Sequence record: NC_052662.1
Strand: one strand, 5' to 3'
Length of the DNA stretch: 64,000 nucleotides
From: Escherichia phage Mt1B1_P17
Shown here: piece by piece, positions 37,488 through 48,801 of the stretch
How positions within the stretch are numbered: position 1 is the first letter of the stretch
How the letters are laid out: each line of letters starts with the position of its first letter
Translations under genes and position numbers: made by a program
Notes under the pieces: model-generated
Databases searched by the model: none
What the model was told of the DNA's origin: nothing
What the model saw: only the letters and a program-made list of their open reading frames with translations

Positions 37488-39543
37488 ATACTGTATCCTG
37501 TAAATAAACGTTCAAAGGCACGTTACCCATATAGAAAACTTGGGATTGAGAATTAACTACCGTGATGGAATCGTGCATTATTTGAGGATAGGCCCATATA
37601 TATTGTGTAAGTCCATTGAACTTATTGGCGTTCAACACTATATTACCTATAATCATTTTCCAAAGATACGTGCGGTAGTTTGATTCAGGATCAAAGCCAT
37701 ACAAAGGTGCAAGAGTAGCATCTGGAACAAAACCTGCAAGATAATGTATCTTATCATAACTAAAACCTAATTGTTCATTAGGTATTGTGATAGCGTCAAA
37801 AGATTTTTCCATCTTACCTTCCAACAACCAGTCATAACATTCTGAACAATAAAAGTCGAAGTTTTCTGGTATGTAATAATCTTTAGGGAAGTTAACAAAC
37901 TCCATCATACCGTTACCTAAAATGGATGGCACAAATGGTAATAATGTAACTTTAGCTCCAGGATAGGCTAATCTAGTATCTGTTGCAAACTTTGCAACTC
38001 TTAATCCTAGTTTACGAGACAAAAATGCATAGTATTCGTCAAACGGTGTTCCTGTTTTATAATTATCTATTGTTCCTACATCTTGTGCAAATAAACCTGT
38101 TTCTGTGTTGAATGCTAGTTTAGTAGTGTAATCGTATATACAAGGCATTTTACTTGCTGTATTATACCACCACCAAGGTTCACCAATTTGAATGACGACT
38201 GGAATATTGTTAGCTTGAGAAATAGATGCTATTTTGTTAATAACATTTTGCAAATATTTCATACCTTCATCAATTGTTGGAGATAACACATAACTAGGCG
38301 GCTCATAGCCTGTTGCTGCAAGAGCATCGTTCCAATCATGTTGAACCCATTCTACAGGACAAACTGTGCTCATCAACTCAAAACTCAAAGAGTTCATTAT
38401 TGTGTAGCCATTTTCATTAGCTATAGAATGGAAACTGTTAAGCCAAGCTTCTGTAGCCGGATTCAGGAAAACAGATCTATTTAAAGCCCAAGATGTTCCG
38501 TTCCATGAGAACTCATAATAGTGAGACATTCCGTTGTAATGGTTAATCATTCCACGATAACCTAGTGCATATGTATTATAAATAACTCTTTCTGGAGTCA
38601 GGTTATACATATCATCATAAGATGTGCACATGCGAATATCATGTTCAGGCTGGACAAGGTTGCTGACTTTCATCATACTATAACCAGAGGTAGGTTCAAG
38701 AAGAGTGAAAGTAAACCAAGCCTCTTGACTGTCAATAGGTACAACCTCTTCTATTTCTTCATACCTTGCTGTAATCAAAGAGAAGAAAATATTATCTACA
38801 GCACTCATATCCAAAGGAATATCATTATTAGGGCCAGAAAAGATATTACCAAAATCTAACTTGATTGTAGCTGTTTTACCATCTTCTGAAATATCTGAAG
38901 CGTAGAATCCTAAACTGACATAATGAACACTTTTATCCAGGAGAGTTACAGTCAAAGTCGGCACCAAAGGTTCTTCTTTAAAACCTGGCATGTTTTGACT
39001 AATTTCCATTTTAAACCAAAGTTTATCTGAACTTAAATCTGTGTGGGGTAAATACCCAACACCTTTGTGATCATATTTGTCAACTGTGCTCCAGATAACC
39101 CCTGCCAAACCTGCTGTTGTTCTGTTTACAAATCTTGCAGTAAAAGAGTCTCCGTGAGATACAATAGAACAACTTTCAGTTGCTTGAGAATCTATTGTCC
39201 AATACATAGGAGAGAACATTTTAACATCTTTTGTAGTCCAAGTTATTGGAGTAGTATTTTCTTGGATAGTAGTTATAATACAATTGATGGTTGTTTCAAC
39301 CATCATATTATTTTGACTAATCCCTGAAACTTGGAGGGAGAAGTTAAGATCTATTGAGTTCTTTGGTCGTTCAAATACTTCAACCACAATGGTAGCAGAA
39401 TCAGCATCATCAGGGAACACAAGTGTTCCCGATTTTGCAATATAATCTCTACCAGCGACTGCTGTTCCATCAACAGTCGTGTAGTTAAATGAACTCGCAT
39501 TTACTCTCTTGTCTCGCGTGACAGTAAATATAGCTTGTTTCAT
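37480..39543 (-). CDS. Tail/baseplate-associated protein
   Basis: ORF, 687 aa; Trp/Tyr-rich, possibly carbohydrate-interacting. Confidence 0.4.
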   Translation of the reverse strand: MKQAIFTVTRDKRVNASSFNYTTVDGTAVAGRDYIAKSGTLVFPDDADSATIVVEVFERPKNSIDLNFSLQVSGISQNNMMVETTINCIITTIQENTTPITWTTKDVKMFSPMYWTIDSQATESCSIVSHGDSFTARFVNRTTAGLAGVIWSTVDKYDHKGVGYLPHTDLSSDKLWFKMEISQNMPGFKEEPLVPTLTVTLLDKSVHYVSLGFYASDISEDGKTATIKLDFGNIFSGPNNDIPLDMSAVDNIFFSLITARYEEIEEVVPIDSQEAWFTFTLLEPTSGYSMMKVSNLVQPEHDIRMCTSYDDMYNLTPERVIYNTYALGYRGMINHYNGMSHYYEFSWNGTSWALNRSVFLNPATEAWLNSFHSIANENGYTIMNSLSFELMSTVCPVEWVQHDWNDALAATGYEPPSYVLSPTIDEGMKYLQNVINKIASISQANNIPVVIQIGEPWWWYNTASKMPCIYDYTTKLAFNTETGLFAQDVGTIDNYKTGTPFDEYYAFLSRKLGLRVAKFATDTRLAYPGAKVTLLPFVPSILGNGMMEFVNFPKDYYIPENFDFYCSECYDWLLEGKMEKSFDAITIPNEQLGFSYDKIHYLAGFVPDATLAPLYGFDPESNYRTYLWKMIIGNIVLNANKFNGLTQYIWAYPQIMHDSITVVNSQSQVFYMGNVPLNVYLQDTVYA

Positions 39544-39551
39544 TTTACCCC

Positions 39552-42428
39552 TTACTCGGTAACGTCCACACTAATGTTTGCCATTGTCAAAACAGTAAGT
39601 GCAGGAATATTGCTCGAATCCAAAACAGGTAATGCATTTTGGGGATTAAGTTTTTTGTATAAGGCATACAACCCAAAACCACGTAACAACTCTCCGGCGT
39701 GGAAGCCAAAGAAGACTCCGTTATCACTGTCTGGTCTAGGAGCAGCACTCCAACAACCATTCATAACGTGATTAGGACCAAGAACAATATAATTTTCCTG
39801 AATAAGTTCAAAACAGCGATCTGCTACTATTTTAATGTTAGGAATTTCTGAATCATATCCAGCCATCCCCATTATAGCACATCCCGCCATAAAGAGCGCA
39901 GACATGTGACTTGTAAAGTCATCTACAGGCGCAGCCACTTCTCCGTTGGGATAAAATATTGTTGGTGTTCTTCCTTCGTTGTTATCTTGGAACCACTTCA
40001 GATAATTGATCCAGTTTTTACAAACTGTTAAAAGTTTTGCAGGAACTTCTGCTCCTCGTTGCTTCAGTTCGTATACTGTATGACACGCACAGAAGAATGC
40101 TCGTGCTTCATAACCATCCCAAGCTTTATCGTTCCAATGATACATTGTGAACTCATTCTTGTTTCCATATTTATGAGCATCCCAACGATCCCAAACATAA
40201 GCTTGTGCCATTGGCCCAGGCATCACAGGGGCAAACTTATTATAAAACCACATTTGTGAATCATATAAAAAGTCTATACTGTTGTTCATACGAACCCAGT
40301 CAATATCTCTCCCTTTAAAACAATATAAGGATGGGTATTGATAACCTGGGTAAGGAATACCACGCCAACCATCATACAATGCTGTGTTAGGATCACTGAT
40401 ATTGGAAAATGGAATGATTCCTGGAGTATAATTCAAACTATCAAGTTTGTAGTCCAGTATCGTACAATCTCCAAGTTTTGCTGTATAAGGCTTTTCAGAC
40501 GAAACTGTAACCCTGAAGTACATTGTGTAATCATCGCCAGTGGCTGAAGAATACAAAGATGGGATATCGTTAACGCAATAAAAGTCGATTGCCCCTGTCA
40601 AACCATTTGCAGGTTCAGAATCCAATGCAATGTTAATCTGATCAACAGCAGTCAGGTTTATTGACGAAGGTTTTGTCTCTGTGTCATTGTGATTAGGTTG
40701 CCAAGTACTTAATTTGAAATCAGCAGGACTTAAAGCTTTAGTAACCCATGCAGAATTTGTTTTTTCTAACATGGCCCACCATCTCCAACCTGCGGAATCC
40801 GTAATAGTGATGTTAAAATCATCTGCGTATGAACGATACGTAATAGATTTTAAATTGGTTGTTTTAGTTGGTGTTAACCAAAACCCAATAGTAAAACCAC
40901 CATCTGAATCCATATTAGCAGAAACTATCTGATCACTATTTGTCCCAGCAATACCAGTTGCATATTTATATTGTATCACAGTATTGCTTCCCCAGTCAAC
41001 AATGATTCTAGGTTCAGCAATAATATATACACCACCTCCAGGAGGTTCAGTGCGCATAAAACTGGATAAAGGTATATCCATCTTAGTCATATTAGCTGCA
41101 CCAAGAGGTAAGCCACAACGATATGTCACTGTGTCTGTTTCACTCTTAGTCTTGCTTAATTCTAACTCTGGACGGAAAAGAACACCTTCCCCTGCATCAT
41201 CTACGCCTTGAAACTCAATACGTAGTTTTGAATTCTGATCCACTCTGAACCAAACTGCTTGTTGTTCTAGAGTTGTTTGTGCTGCAACATCTTGGCGAAT
41301 TACTGTGTATCCTAACTCGTCACGAGAATATTTAGGTATTGCTGTAGATGGGTATGAGTAATCATACGAGATACCATCTGTAAAAGGAATTATTGCTGTC
41401 GTAGATCTACGGAAGAATTTATCAAACATATCGATGTTTGAGTAGTCTTGACACAACAACAAAGAAGATTGCCAGCAAAGCCAATATTTTCTCTCTCCTG
41501 TGATCTGATACATCAAGTAGTTTGCATCACACCACCACGTTTCAGCATCGGAAGCATTATCTTGATAACCTAACTCTACCGGAACGTTTACAGGACGGTT
41601 ATGCCACATCTCATTACGTTTAAGTAGATACCCACCGTGTTCTACAGGGTTGCATGTAGCGTAGTTGAATTTATAGTCCCCGTTCACAGAAGCATTTTTA
41701 AGTTGCACTGTTCCATATTCTGCGAAGCTGTGCCCTGTAGATAAAATATTACCGTCCCAATCAACTTTACGTCCTAGACGATCTATAATCCATTCAACGT
41801 CCCACTGATCTCCATATTCTTTCCAGTTGGTTGAACCATCTGGGTTAGTTGCATAAACTGTTGCGTTAACGGAGTTCCAACCAAGATTGCCATTGAAAGC
41901 AAACCAAGCTTTATCTAAGTATTCCCCCCAATGCGGTGCACCTTTAGGAATAACAGTCCTTCCGTTAATCCAAGTCATCATGCTACCTTTGAACCCGCCG
42001 TGCGTAGGATACCCATCATCTGTGAGAGGGTAATGTGCTAAACGTGGTTCTTTACCATTGATGATCCAATTGGGACGATATTTAGCTGGAGGATCAGGAA
42101 TAGGTTGGCCCCCGAAGAAGTGATCTATATAGGCTTGCCAATACTTCTCGGCAGATTCAAGATATTTTTTATCCCCTGTAGCCAAATATGCATAAGCAAA
42201 ACCAGTGATAAGCACAGATTGACCTTCGGTAGTAGCGTCACCGTTTGGTTGCCCTTCCTGCGCTGTCCAGTTAATAAAGTGTCTGTTGTTCGCCAATACG
42301 TTTTGTGGGTTGATAATGTAATGCTGAACCGTAGGATCTATGGTAAGCCCAGTATTTCTTTCCAAAAACTGAACCAACCCTTCAATCAACTGAAACGTGT
42401 TGTCAATATTGTGCTTAACTCTTGACAT
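39552..42428 (-). CDS. Tail/baseplate-associated large protein
   Basis: ORF, 958 aa; gene order. Confidence 0.4.
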   Translation of the reverse strand: MSRVKHNIDNTFQLIEGLVQFLERNTGLTIDPTVQHYIINPQNVLANNRHFINWTAQEGQPNGDATTEGQSVLITGFAYAYLATGDKKYLESAEKYWQAYIDHFFGGQPIPDPPAKYRPNWIINGKEPRLAHYPLTDDGYPTHGGFKGSMMTWINGRTVIPKGAPHWGEYLDKAWFAFNGNLGWNSVNATVYATNPDGSTNWKEYGDQWDVEWIIDRLGRKVDWDGNILSTGHSFAEYGTVQLKNASVNGDYKFNYATCNPVEHGGYLLKRNEMWHNRPVNVPVELGYQDNASDAETWWCDANYLMYQITGERKYWLCWQSSLLLCQDYSNIDMFDKFFRRSTTAIIPFTDGISYDYSYPSTAIPKYSRDELGYTVIRQDVAAQTTLEQQAVWFRVDQNSKLRIEFQGVDDAGEGVLFRPELELSKTKSETDTVTYRCGLPLGAANMTKMDIPLSSFMRTEPPGGGVYIIAEPRIIVDWGSNTVIQYKYATGIAGTNSDQIVSANMDSDGGFTIGFWLTPTKTTNLKSITYRSYADDFNITITDSAGWRWWAMLEKTNSAWVTKALSPADFKLSTWQPNHNDTETKPSSINLTAVDQINIALDSEPANGLTGAIDFYCVNDIPSLYSSATGDDYTMYFRVTVSSEKPYTAKLGDCTILDYKLDSLNYTPGIIPFSNISDPNTALYDGWRGIPYPGYQYPSLYCFKGRDIDWVRMNNSIDFLYDSQMWFYNKFAPVMPGPMAQAYVWDRWDAHKYGNKNEFTMYHWNDKAWDGYEARAFFCACHTVYELKQRGAEVPAKLLTVCKNWINYLKWFQDNNEGRTPTIFYPNGEVAAPVDDFTSHMSALFMAGCAIMGMAGYDSEIPNIKIVADRCFELIQENYIVLGPNHVMNGCWSAAPRPDSDNGVFFGFHAGELLRGFGLYALYKKLNPQNALPVLDSSNIPALTVLTMANISVDVTE

Positions 42429-42901
42429 TAAATAACTCCTGCTAAAACTAAGCTACCTGTCCAAGTTGCTCCATTATCATAACTGATAAACTCAAAAGTG
42501 TCTGTTGCACCTTGACGATAACTCAAAACTGGGGAACGACCAAAACTCCATTTTACAGAAGAAGGCCATACGACTTTATTTGCACCACTTCCTTGACGCA
42601 AAGCTAAAGTAAAGTTTAAAACTGCATTTGTTGCTACTGGAATATTAGTAAAACTAATTGTGCACGTTGCAGAAGATAAAGTTGCTGAAAAATATTCTGC
42701 TGAACTAATATCTAATGCCAGGGTGCTAGTTACTGTTCCCCGCGCATTCAGACGGTTTCTAGTTACCCCTGCACCACTCAACAGCACTTTCAAAGAAGTT
42801 TTCTTTGTTATTCCAGCCTGATCTGTTACAAAGAAATCTGTATCAGACACAGAGGTTGTTTGTGTAAGATCAGAAACTTTGATCGTAGTTAAATCTGCCA
42901 T
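42428..42901 (-). CDS. Virion structural protein
   Basis: ORF, 157 aa; start overlaps upstream stop. Confidence 0.35.
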   Translation of the reverse strand: MADLTTIKVSDLTQTTSVSDTDFFVTDQAGITKKTSLKVLLSGAGVTRNRLNARGTVTSTLALDISSAEYFSATLSSATCTISFTNIPVATNAVLNFTLALRQGSGANKVVWPSSVKWSFGRSPVLSYRQGATDTFEFISYDNGATWTGSLVLAGVI

Positions 42902-43527
42902 TACTCTTCTACTCCTGTCATAGCTGTTATACCGAAATTATTGTTTGTAGCTAATGCATCACCTTTTTCGTTAACCATGATTCTTTCCACTGCTGACTCT
43001 GTAGACCATTCATTCCACCAAGTAGAGTAGGTATCACGTGGCAAACCAACAAAGTTGATAAAGCGATAAAGTCTATTCGAATTCTCAACAATACTGTAAG
43101 CTTCACAAGTGATCGCTGCATTGTCTTCACCAGCTTCAGGGTAAATAAACTCTTCAGAAGGTTGAGTATTGAATATAGATGTTACTGTATCTGCTCCAAC
43201 TGTGACCATAACTGTCATTGAGTAATAACGTTGATCCATGTCATAAGCAGATTTATAACTGTTTATTGTATCTATGTAAACGTTTTTGGCAATCTCTGCT
43301 AAAAATATTCTGTCTACAATATCTTTCTTTCTAGCAACACCAATAATCTCTTGTAAGTAAGGAACACCGAAGTTAGTATTTAAAAACCACTCCCCACGAT
43401 ACGTGTTCAGAGTTATCCCAAGAGTTTGTGCTGCAATTTCTGTTCTGGTTGTAGTGAGGACCAAATCCCCATCATCCATGATGAGGTCGTTGTTTGGTCC
43501 AAGTTTTAAGTCAAAAGGGATTCCCAT
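42901..43527 (-). CDS. Baseplate protein
   Basis: ORF, 208 aa; gene order. Confidence 0.35.
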   Translation of the reverse strand: MGIPFDLKLGPNNDLIMDDGDLVLTTTRTEIAAQTLGITLNTYRGEWFLNTNFGVPYLQEIIGVARKKDIVDRIFLAEIAKNVYIDTINSYKSAYDMDQRYYSMTVMVTVGADTVTSIFNTQPSEEFIYPEAGEDNAAITCEAYSIVENSNRLYRFINFVGLPRDTYSTWWNEWSTESAVERIMVNEKGDALATNNNFGITAMTGVEE

Positions 43528-43528
43528 G

Positions 43529-44263
43529 TTAGGCTCCTGTTGGTTTTAAGGACTCGGCACTTGAGCTACCGCTCTGAATGTTACGAACCGTGTGCGTGTG
43601 AGTATGGAATCCGATGCCATTACCATCTGTCATCAAACCGTTCTGATCTATTTTAAGACCATTGATATCTGCCACGCCGCCTTTGAAAGTTAAATTACCA
43701 CCTTTTAGATCCAAAGTCCCTGTGCCATCTGTAATAGTAATACCAGAGGTAGTAATATCTATTTTCATCCCTTGACTATTCCATATTGAAATATTACCTG
43801 TAGGGTCGAAAGAAGCGTACGTGTTTTTGTTATTAGAAATAACTACCTTTTCAGAATCTACAGCTTCTGTTGAATCTGTTCCTGTAGCTATTTTGGGAAT
43901 AAAACAAATAGGGTATAATCCACAAGGCTGCATAAAAGTGGATGATGAAGAAGTTTCCCCACTAGTTTGCAGTGCATTAGAAGGATCTCGTTCAGAAAAT
44001 ATAACGGTCCCTAAATCTCCTGATTTAATAGGGAATGAGATTCTTCCTGTCCCACCACCATTAACCATGAAAGGAACATCTTCAAAAGTAGGATAATCTA
44101 TTTCATCTTCACTAGATCGTGTGTTTTTAACAATAGATTCTAAGGTGACAGTCTTAGCACCATAATTAACGCCAGTCACACGGACTGGCAAGGCTGTATG
44201 GACTTCTGCTAATTGTTCTGTCATTAAGCCACGCATTGCTGTGACAAAATTCAATGCATCCAT
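43529..44263 (-). CDS. Baseplate central spike-like protein
   Basis: 244 aa; Gly-rich repeats and HTHTH near C-terminus. Confidence 0.35.
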   Translation of the reverse strand: MDALNFVTAMRGLMTEQLAEVHTALPVRVTGVNYGAKTVTLESIVKNTRSSEDEIDYPTFEDVPFMVNGGGTGRISFPIKSGDLGTVIFSERDPSNALQTSGETSSSSTFMQPCGLYPICFIPKIATGTDSTEAVDSEKVVISNNKNTYASFDPTGNISIWNSQGMKIDITTSGITITDGTGTLDLKGGNLTFKGGVADINGLKIDQNGLMTDGNGIGFHTHTHTVRNIQSGSSSAESLKPTGA

Positions 44264-45273
44264 TATTTCTCCTTAGTCATTATTTCAGACACGGATACAC
44301 ACTCCACTTCAGTAACCCACTCTTTACCTTCTTTATCTCCGTTGTGAGAAACAGAAACTACTTTAAATGGACCATCATAATCTCGGCTTTTTAACCAGAT
44401 TGTTTTTTCTGGTAATATTGCACCATTCATTTGGCATTTGAATTTAACACCATCTGTAGGTTTCTTTGCCTTCTTAGATGACTTGGTAACTTTTTTAGTA
44501 GGTTTTATATCGTTGTGGAATGGTTCTGGACTTCCTATCAGACCAGTTTCAGGGCTAATGTAGGCGCTACGTGCACTAGACATTTGTGAACGAGGAGTGA
44601 CATAAACAGATCCATCTTGTATTGACACATTGTGATCAATACTTTTACAAATATGTTCTAGGTAATGTGAAGTGTTTCCACACATAGCTGTTGCTGAGGA
44701 TAAGGTTTGATCATTATCTACGTGTATATTACCTTCTGTAGTTCCTAAATCCTTTACCAAATCTGTCACAACACGTTTGATTTTAGTTCCTTTTGGATAA
44801 CTGCGGCTTGTTCTTGCTTCTGCAATGTTAATACCGCCATCCAAACAGTGTAAAGTGGTTTTCCTGTCTACCGAGTCAAAAGTATCACTAACCCACTGGA
44901 TAGTTCCTTTGAAGACCATAACCAACTCTTCACCTTCGTATCCTACCGCTAAAGCAACAGCCAAGTTATTTCGGATACCACGGTTTATATAGTTAACAGT
45001 ATCATCCGAAAGGTTATAAACTACAATCTCTGCTTGGTTAGGATCTTTGTTATTATCTTTCTTAATACTGAAGGTTATTTGATGGTCTTGCAACAAATAC
45101 AAATTAGAAGAGGATTTTTCTGTTGTTCCTAACTTGGTATCCAAATCTACTGTAGATTTAAATGCCGAGTTCTTAGTTCTCTTCTGTATTGTGTTTGTGG
45201 CAGAACCAATTAATAATTTGTATGCCCTGTTTAAATTAGGGGCAGGAGCTTTTGTATACTCTCTTTCTGCCAT
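44263..45273 (-). CDS. Baseplate hub/tail protein
   Basis: ORF, 336 aa; gene order. Confidence 0.35.
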   Translation of the reverse strand: MAEREYTKAPAPNLNRAYKLLIGSATNTIQKRTKNSAFKSTVDLDTKLGTTEKSSSNLYLLQDHQITFSIKKDNNKDPNQAEIVVYNLSDDTVNYINRGIRNNLAVALAVGYEGEELVMVFKGTIQWVSDTFDSVDRKTTLHCLDGGINIAEARTSRSYPKGTKIKRVVTDLVKDLGTTEGNIHVDNDQTLSSATAMCGNTSHYLEHICKSIDHNVSIQDGSVYVTPRSQMSSARSAYISPETGLIGSPEPFHNDIKPTKKVTKSSKKAKKPTDGVKFKCQMNGAILPEKTIWLKSRDYDGPFKVVSVSHNGDKEGKEWVTEVECVSVSEIMTKEK

Positions 45274-45282
45274 ATTATCTCC

Positions 45283-45696
45283 TTACGCCTGATTAGGTTT
45301 GTTATCAATATAAACCAATACAAAACGTTTATCTCGACCTGTAGTTGTATACCCAGGACGACCATTAATCTTAACTGTATCTACTATATACAATTGACCA
45401 TCTGGCACACTTTCAAGATATTTATAAGGTTTAAGAAGATCTAAACCATTTGTAACTTTGAAACTTATACTTGGATCATCTCCAGATAATCCAATCTGAC
45501 ATTGCCAAGACTCGTCCCTAGTGTTCCACCTTAAACGAATGTCATAATCAACTCCATCCAATGTAACTGTATATGTTTGATCAGGATACTCTTCAGTTTT
45601 CAGATACCATGCAAAATAAGTAGAATGGTCCTCTAGATAAACTGCACTGTAGCCTGTATTACTTGTAGACCTTGTTGTTTTAGAATAAGTTGTCAC
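45283..45696 (-). CDS. Tail protein
   Basis: ORF, 137 aa. Confidence 0.35.
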   Translation of the reverse strand: MTTYSKTTRSTSNTGYSAVYLEDHSTYFAWYLKTEEYPDQTYTVTLDGVDYDIRLRWNTRDESWQCQIGLSGDDPSISFKVTNGLDLLKPYKYLESVPDGQLYIVDTVKINGRPGYTTTGRDKRFVLVYIDNKPNQA

Positions 45697-45698
45697 TA

Positions 45699-46400
45699 TT
45701 AACCTCCGTTGTTTGTTGGGGTATTAGTAGCTTCAGCAGTTCTTACTGTAATATCTGACTTAGGACCATTCGAAGCAACTTGACCTTTCACATCACCACC
45801 AGTCGATTTATTTGGTGCTGTTTTTACAGCAATAGCATTAGTAGTGGCCTTAGAAACGAGACGGATTTGTTCAAACTCTAAATCAAATTGCATAGCAAAT
45901 TCAGATTTATAATCATAAGAGTAGCCTTTGAGAATAACATTTTCAAAAGTCCTGTGTTCTGTCAAAAGAACTATTGGTTGTCTTGACTCAAATATTTGAT
46001 CTAGATATTCTATTGCTTGAGAAATCCTTGCCCCATTTACACCTGCACTGTATAATTGATCTCGCATAAGCCGAATTGGTGTTTCGGTAATTATACCTGA
46101 AAGTTTAAATCTGTTGTTTTTTATTTGAACGTGGTCACTTACATCCGATCCTGATTCTACTGGAAAACTTGTAACATCTGCCTCACGAGTTACACCTACT
46201 TCAGGGACCGAATCGAAAGTAATTGCTTTAAAGTTTTGAATGTATTGATCACTTGAACTATTATAAACACTTGCTAAAATGCAGAAACCATTATCACCCT
46301 TTACAGTAGATGCCGAGGTATTTTTATTCTCGGTAGAGTTGATTTCCTGTTCTGCCTTATAGACGGCTCTCACCGACTGTTGTGGAGTCATTGCTGCCAT
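45699..46400 (-). CDS. Tail protein
   Basis: ORF, 233 aa; first gene after tape measure. Confidence 0.35.
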   Translation of the reverse strand: MAAMTPQQSVRAVYKAEQEINSTENKNTSASTVKGDNGFCILASVYNSSSDQYIQNFKAITFDSVPEVGVTREADVTSFPVESGSDVSDHVQIKNNRFKLSGIITETPIRLMRDQLYSAGVNGARISQAIEYLDQIFESRQPIVLLTEHRTFENVILKGYSYDYKSEFAMQFDLEFEQIRLVSKATTNAIAVKTAPNKSTGGDVKGQVASNGPKSDITVRTAEATNTPTNNGG

Positions 46401-46458
46401 GATAACCTCGTAGTAATGATAATGCCAAAAGGAAGATGCAAGATCTTCCCATATTGAT

Positions 46459-46488
46459 TATTGTAACACATATAGAAACTTCGTGTCA
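46459..46488 (-). promoter_or_regulatory. Putative sigma70-like promoter (minus strand)
   Basis: Minus-strand TTGACA, 18 nt spacer, TACAAT. Confidence 0.45.
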
Positions 46489-46494
46489 AGGGAA

Positions 46495-46520
46495 ACGAAA
46501 AAACCCCGCCGAAGCGAGGT
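46495..46520 (-). terminator. Rho-independent terminator after tape measure gene
   Basis: Minus-strand CCTCGC-TTCG-GCGGGG followed by TTTTTTCG. Confidence 0.6.
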
Positions 46521-46526
46521 ATTTTA

Positions 46527-48515
46527 TTAACCACCAGTGTTAGATTGTCCACTTAGAGTTGAAAGAGATAAACGTTGGAAAATGCTATTTCCGCTATTTT
46601 GAATTCTTGCATCAAGAATATTTCCAAACTCGGAAGAAGGACTGATCGTAACTTTGATAAGATCACTTGGTATTGCTACCGTATTCTCAACAACAGGTTG
46701 ATTACGAGCCAAACTTACGTTAGGTGTATAGGCTGATTCACGTAAATCTTCAAGAGGATTACCAAATCCAAAAGCACGTGTCCTTGTTTGTTCTCCTCTC
46801 CACATACGACCAATATCTTGTGTATCAATACCTGTTAAATTGTACAACCAATCTGCTACAGGATTGCTGTCTCCACTTTGCGTTGCCTCGTATGCTTTTT
46901 GTGCCATAGATTTATTAGGATCTGTGTTGTCTCCGAATGTATCTGGGAATGTTTCTTTAAGCCAATTGGTAAAAGATCCGAAACCATCTCCCAATTCTTT
47001 AGCAAAACCTCCTAATTGAACTGTTGTCTTACCGAGTTCTTCACCTAAATCTTTGGCAAACTGATCTAGCACTTTAACGTTATCCAACCAAGAATCATCT
47101 TTAGGTAACGCTTTCACAAAACCCTCTAAGAAGTGGTTCTGCATACCTTGACCTACAAGCTGAACTGTTGCAGCAAAACGAGTAAACTCCTTAGAAGCAT
47201 CTATTTGTTCTTGAGTTAATGTTGCACCTGTTCTTTGAAGCATTTTCAATACTTCATTGTATCCTTCGCCGTTTTTACTAAACATTCGTTGGTAGTGCAT
47301 AAGGTCGTCACCAAGGTTTTCAAGAAGTCGCCCGATTTGAGCAGAGTTCATACCTCGACGTTCACCTTCATTAACAGTAGCCTGAATAAAAGCTAAAGGA
47401 TCGTTCTGTAAAGGTTTAAGCTGTTCTGGATTCCATCCAAACAAGTTCATAATGTCATTTATGCCATTATCACCGCCTTTCCACTTCCCTTCTTTCTCAT
47501 TCCATTTTGAGGCTAAAACTGTATTACCAAGACGTTCACGAACGTCTTTAATATTATCTATTGACTTAATAATATTTGCAGAGTCTACACCGTTCTGTTC
47601 ACCCCAAGCTGTCATTGCCAAAATAGCGTTGGCGTTTGTCTGAACGTTTTCAGCACCACGACTTACAAGTTTAATTCTTTCGTTAGTATTCATCAACGTG
47701 TTACCAACTACAGAACCACCTGCAAACAGCCCAGCACCTATTAAAGAGGATGCAATCATGCGTGGATTAAGACCTGCTGCACCTTCTTTTAATTGTCCAT
47801 ATCGACGATCACGATCACGTTTTTGTTGAGCTAATTCACGCTTACGGTTGCGTTCTATATCTCTAAGTTCACGATTTCGCATACGTATACGCATTTTAGC
47901 TTCTGCTTCTAGCTCTCTACGAATACGGCGACGACCGCGAACCTCGTCTTCTATTTCAGCATTCTTTTCACGATGAGATCTGCGTAAGGCATCTAACTGG
48001 TGAGCAAGAGCTTGGTTCATACGTTGAAGAGTTATTTCACCCTTTTTGTATTGCTCTACAGCTTTACCCATAACGTCTCTAGCTTCTTGCATAGCGCCAG
48101 GACTAGCTTTACTAAATGCTCTTGCTCGATAGTTAAAGTTCTGCAAACGAAGATTACCTAAATCTTCCCTACGTGCTGCTGCTTTAGCTTCGCGTTCAGC
48201 AGCTTTACGAGCTTTTTCTTCTTCTCTTCCTTGCGGGGTTTTAGGAGTTCTAGGTCTACCAGATCCGCCTACAGGAGCACCCGCTCCAGCGGGAGTAGGT
48301 GCTCGCATAGGTTTTTGACTTTGAGTTTGAGCTTTCTTAAGTTCACGCTCAATCTCTTTCATTTGTTGTCTAAACTTGGTCATGTTCATAGTGGGTTGCA
48401 TTTTATTTGCAAACTTCTGAACACTCAACACGGCATCTTTTGCTTCCTTGAGACTGTTCTTGTCCACCTTAAACGTAACCACGTTACTAATTTTGGAGGC
48501 GTTAATTTCTAACAA
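46527..48515 (-). CDS. Tail tape measure protein
   Basis: 662 aa; helical low-complexity repeats (ARKAAEREAKAAARRE), hydrophobic segment; follows chaperone pair. Confidence 0.55.
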   Translation of the reverse strand: MLEINASKISNVVTFKVDKNSLKEAKDAVLSVQKFANKMQPTMNMTKFRQQMKEIERELKKAQTQSQKPMRAPTPAGAGAPVGGSGRPRTPKTPQGREEEKARKAAEREAKAAARREDLGNLRLQNFNYRARAFSKASPGAMQEARDVMGKAVEQYKKGEITLQRMNQALAHQLDALRRSHREKNAEIEDEVRGRRRIRRELEAEAKMRIRMRNRELRDIERNRKRELAQQKRDRDRRYGQLKEGAAGLNPRMIASSLIGAGLFAGGSVVGNTLMNTNERIKLVSRGAENVQTNANAILAMTAWGEQNGVDSANIIKSIDNIKDVRERLGNTVLASKWNEKEGKWKGGDNGINDIMNLFGWNPEQLKPLQNDPLAFIQATVNEGERRGMNSAQIGRLLENLGDDLMHYQRMFSKNGEGYNEVLKMLQRTGATLTQEQIDASKEFTRFAATVQLVGQGMQNHFLEGFVKALPKDDSWLDNVKVLDQFAKDLGEELGKTTVQLGGFAKELGDGFGSFTNWLKETFPDTFGDNTDPNKSMAQKAYEATQSGDSNPVADWLYNLTGIDTQDIGRMWRGEQTRTRAFGFGNPLEDLRESAYTPNVSLARNQPVVENTVAIPSDLIKVTISPSSEFGNILDARIQNSGNSIFQRLSLSTLSGQSNTGG

Positions 48516-48535
48516 AGTATGTTCCTCGTGTTGGA

Positions 48536-48754
48536 TTAAACAAGTTTCTTAAACAAATCTGACATTTTATTTGTCTGGTTTTGATGTTTTCTCTTTATTG
48601 AAGTGTCTTTAACATACATGGCTTCAACATACTCTTCGTATGTTAAATACTCATATAGTTTTAAAAGATAATCTACACCGTAGTTATCCAATGTTTTCAG
48701 TGTTTCCGAGGTATCTTTAACGACTTTGCAAAGAATAACCTCATACCACTTCAA
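48536..48754 (-). CDS. Tail assembly chaperone, frameshift extension ORF
   Basis: In -1 frame relative to 48802..49284 and open back to the slippery site. Confidence 0.4.
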   Translation of the reverse strand: MKWYEVILCKVVKDTSETLKTLDNYGVDYLLKLYEYLTYEEYVEAMYVKDTSIKRKHQNQTNKMSDLFKKLV

Positions 48755-48801
48755 AGTAAGGGTTTTCGTTGCTATGTCGATAGCATGTTCAATCGCAGGT
48801 G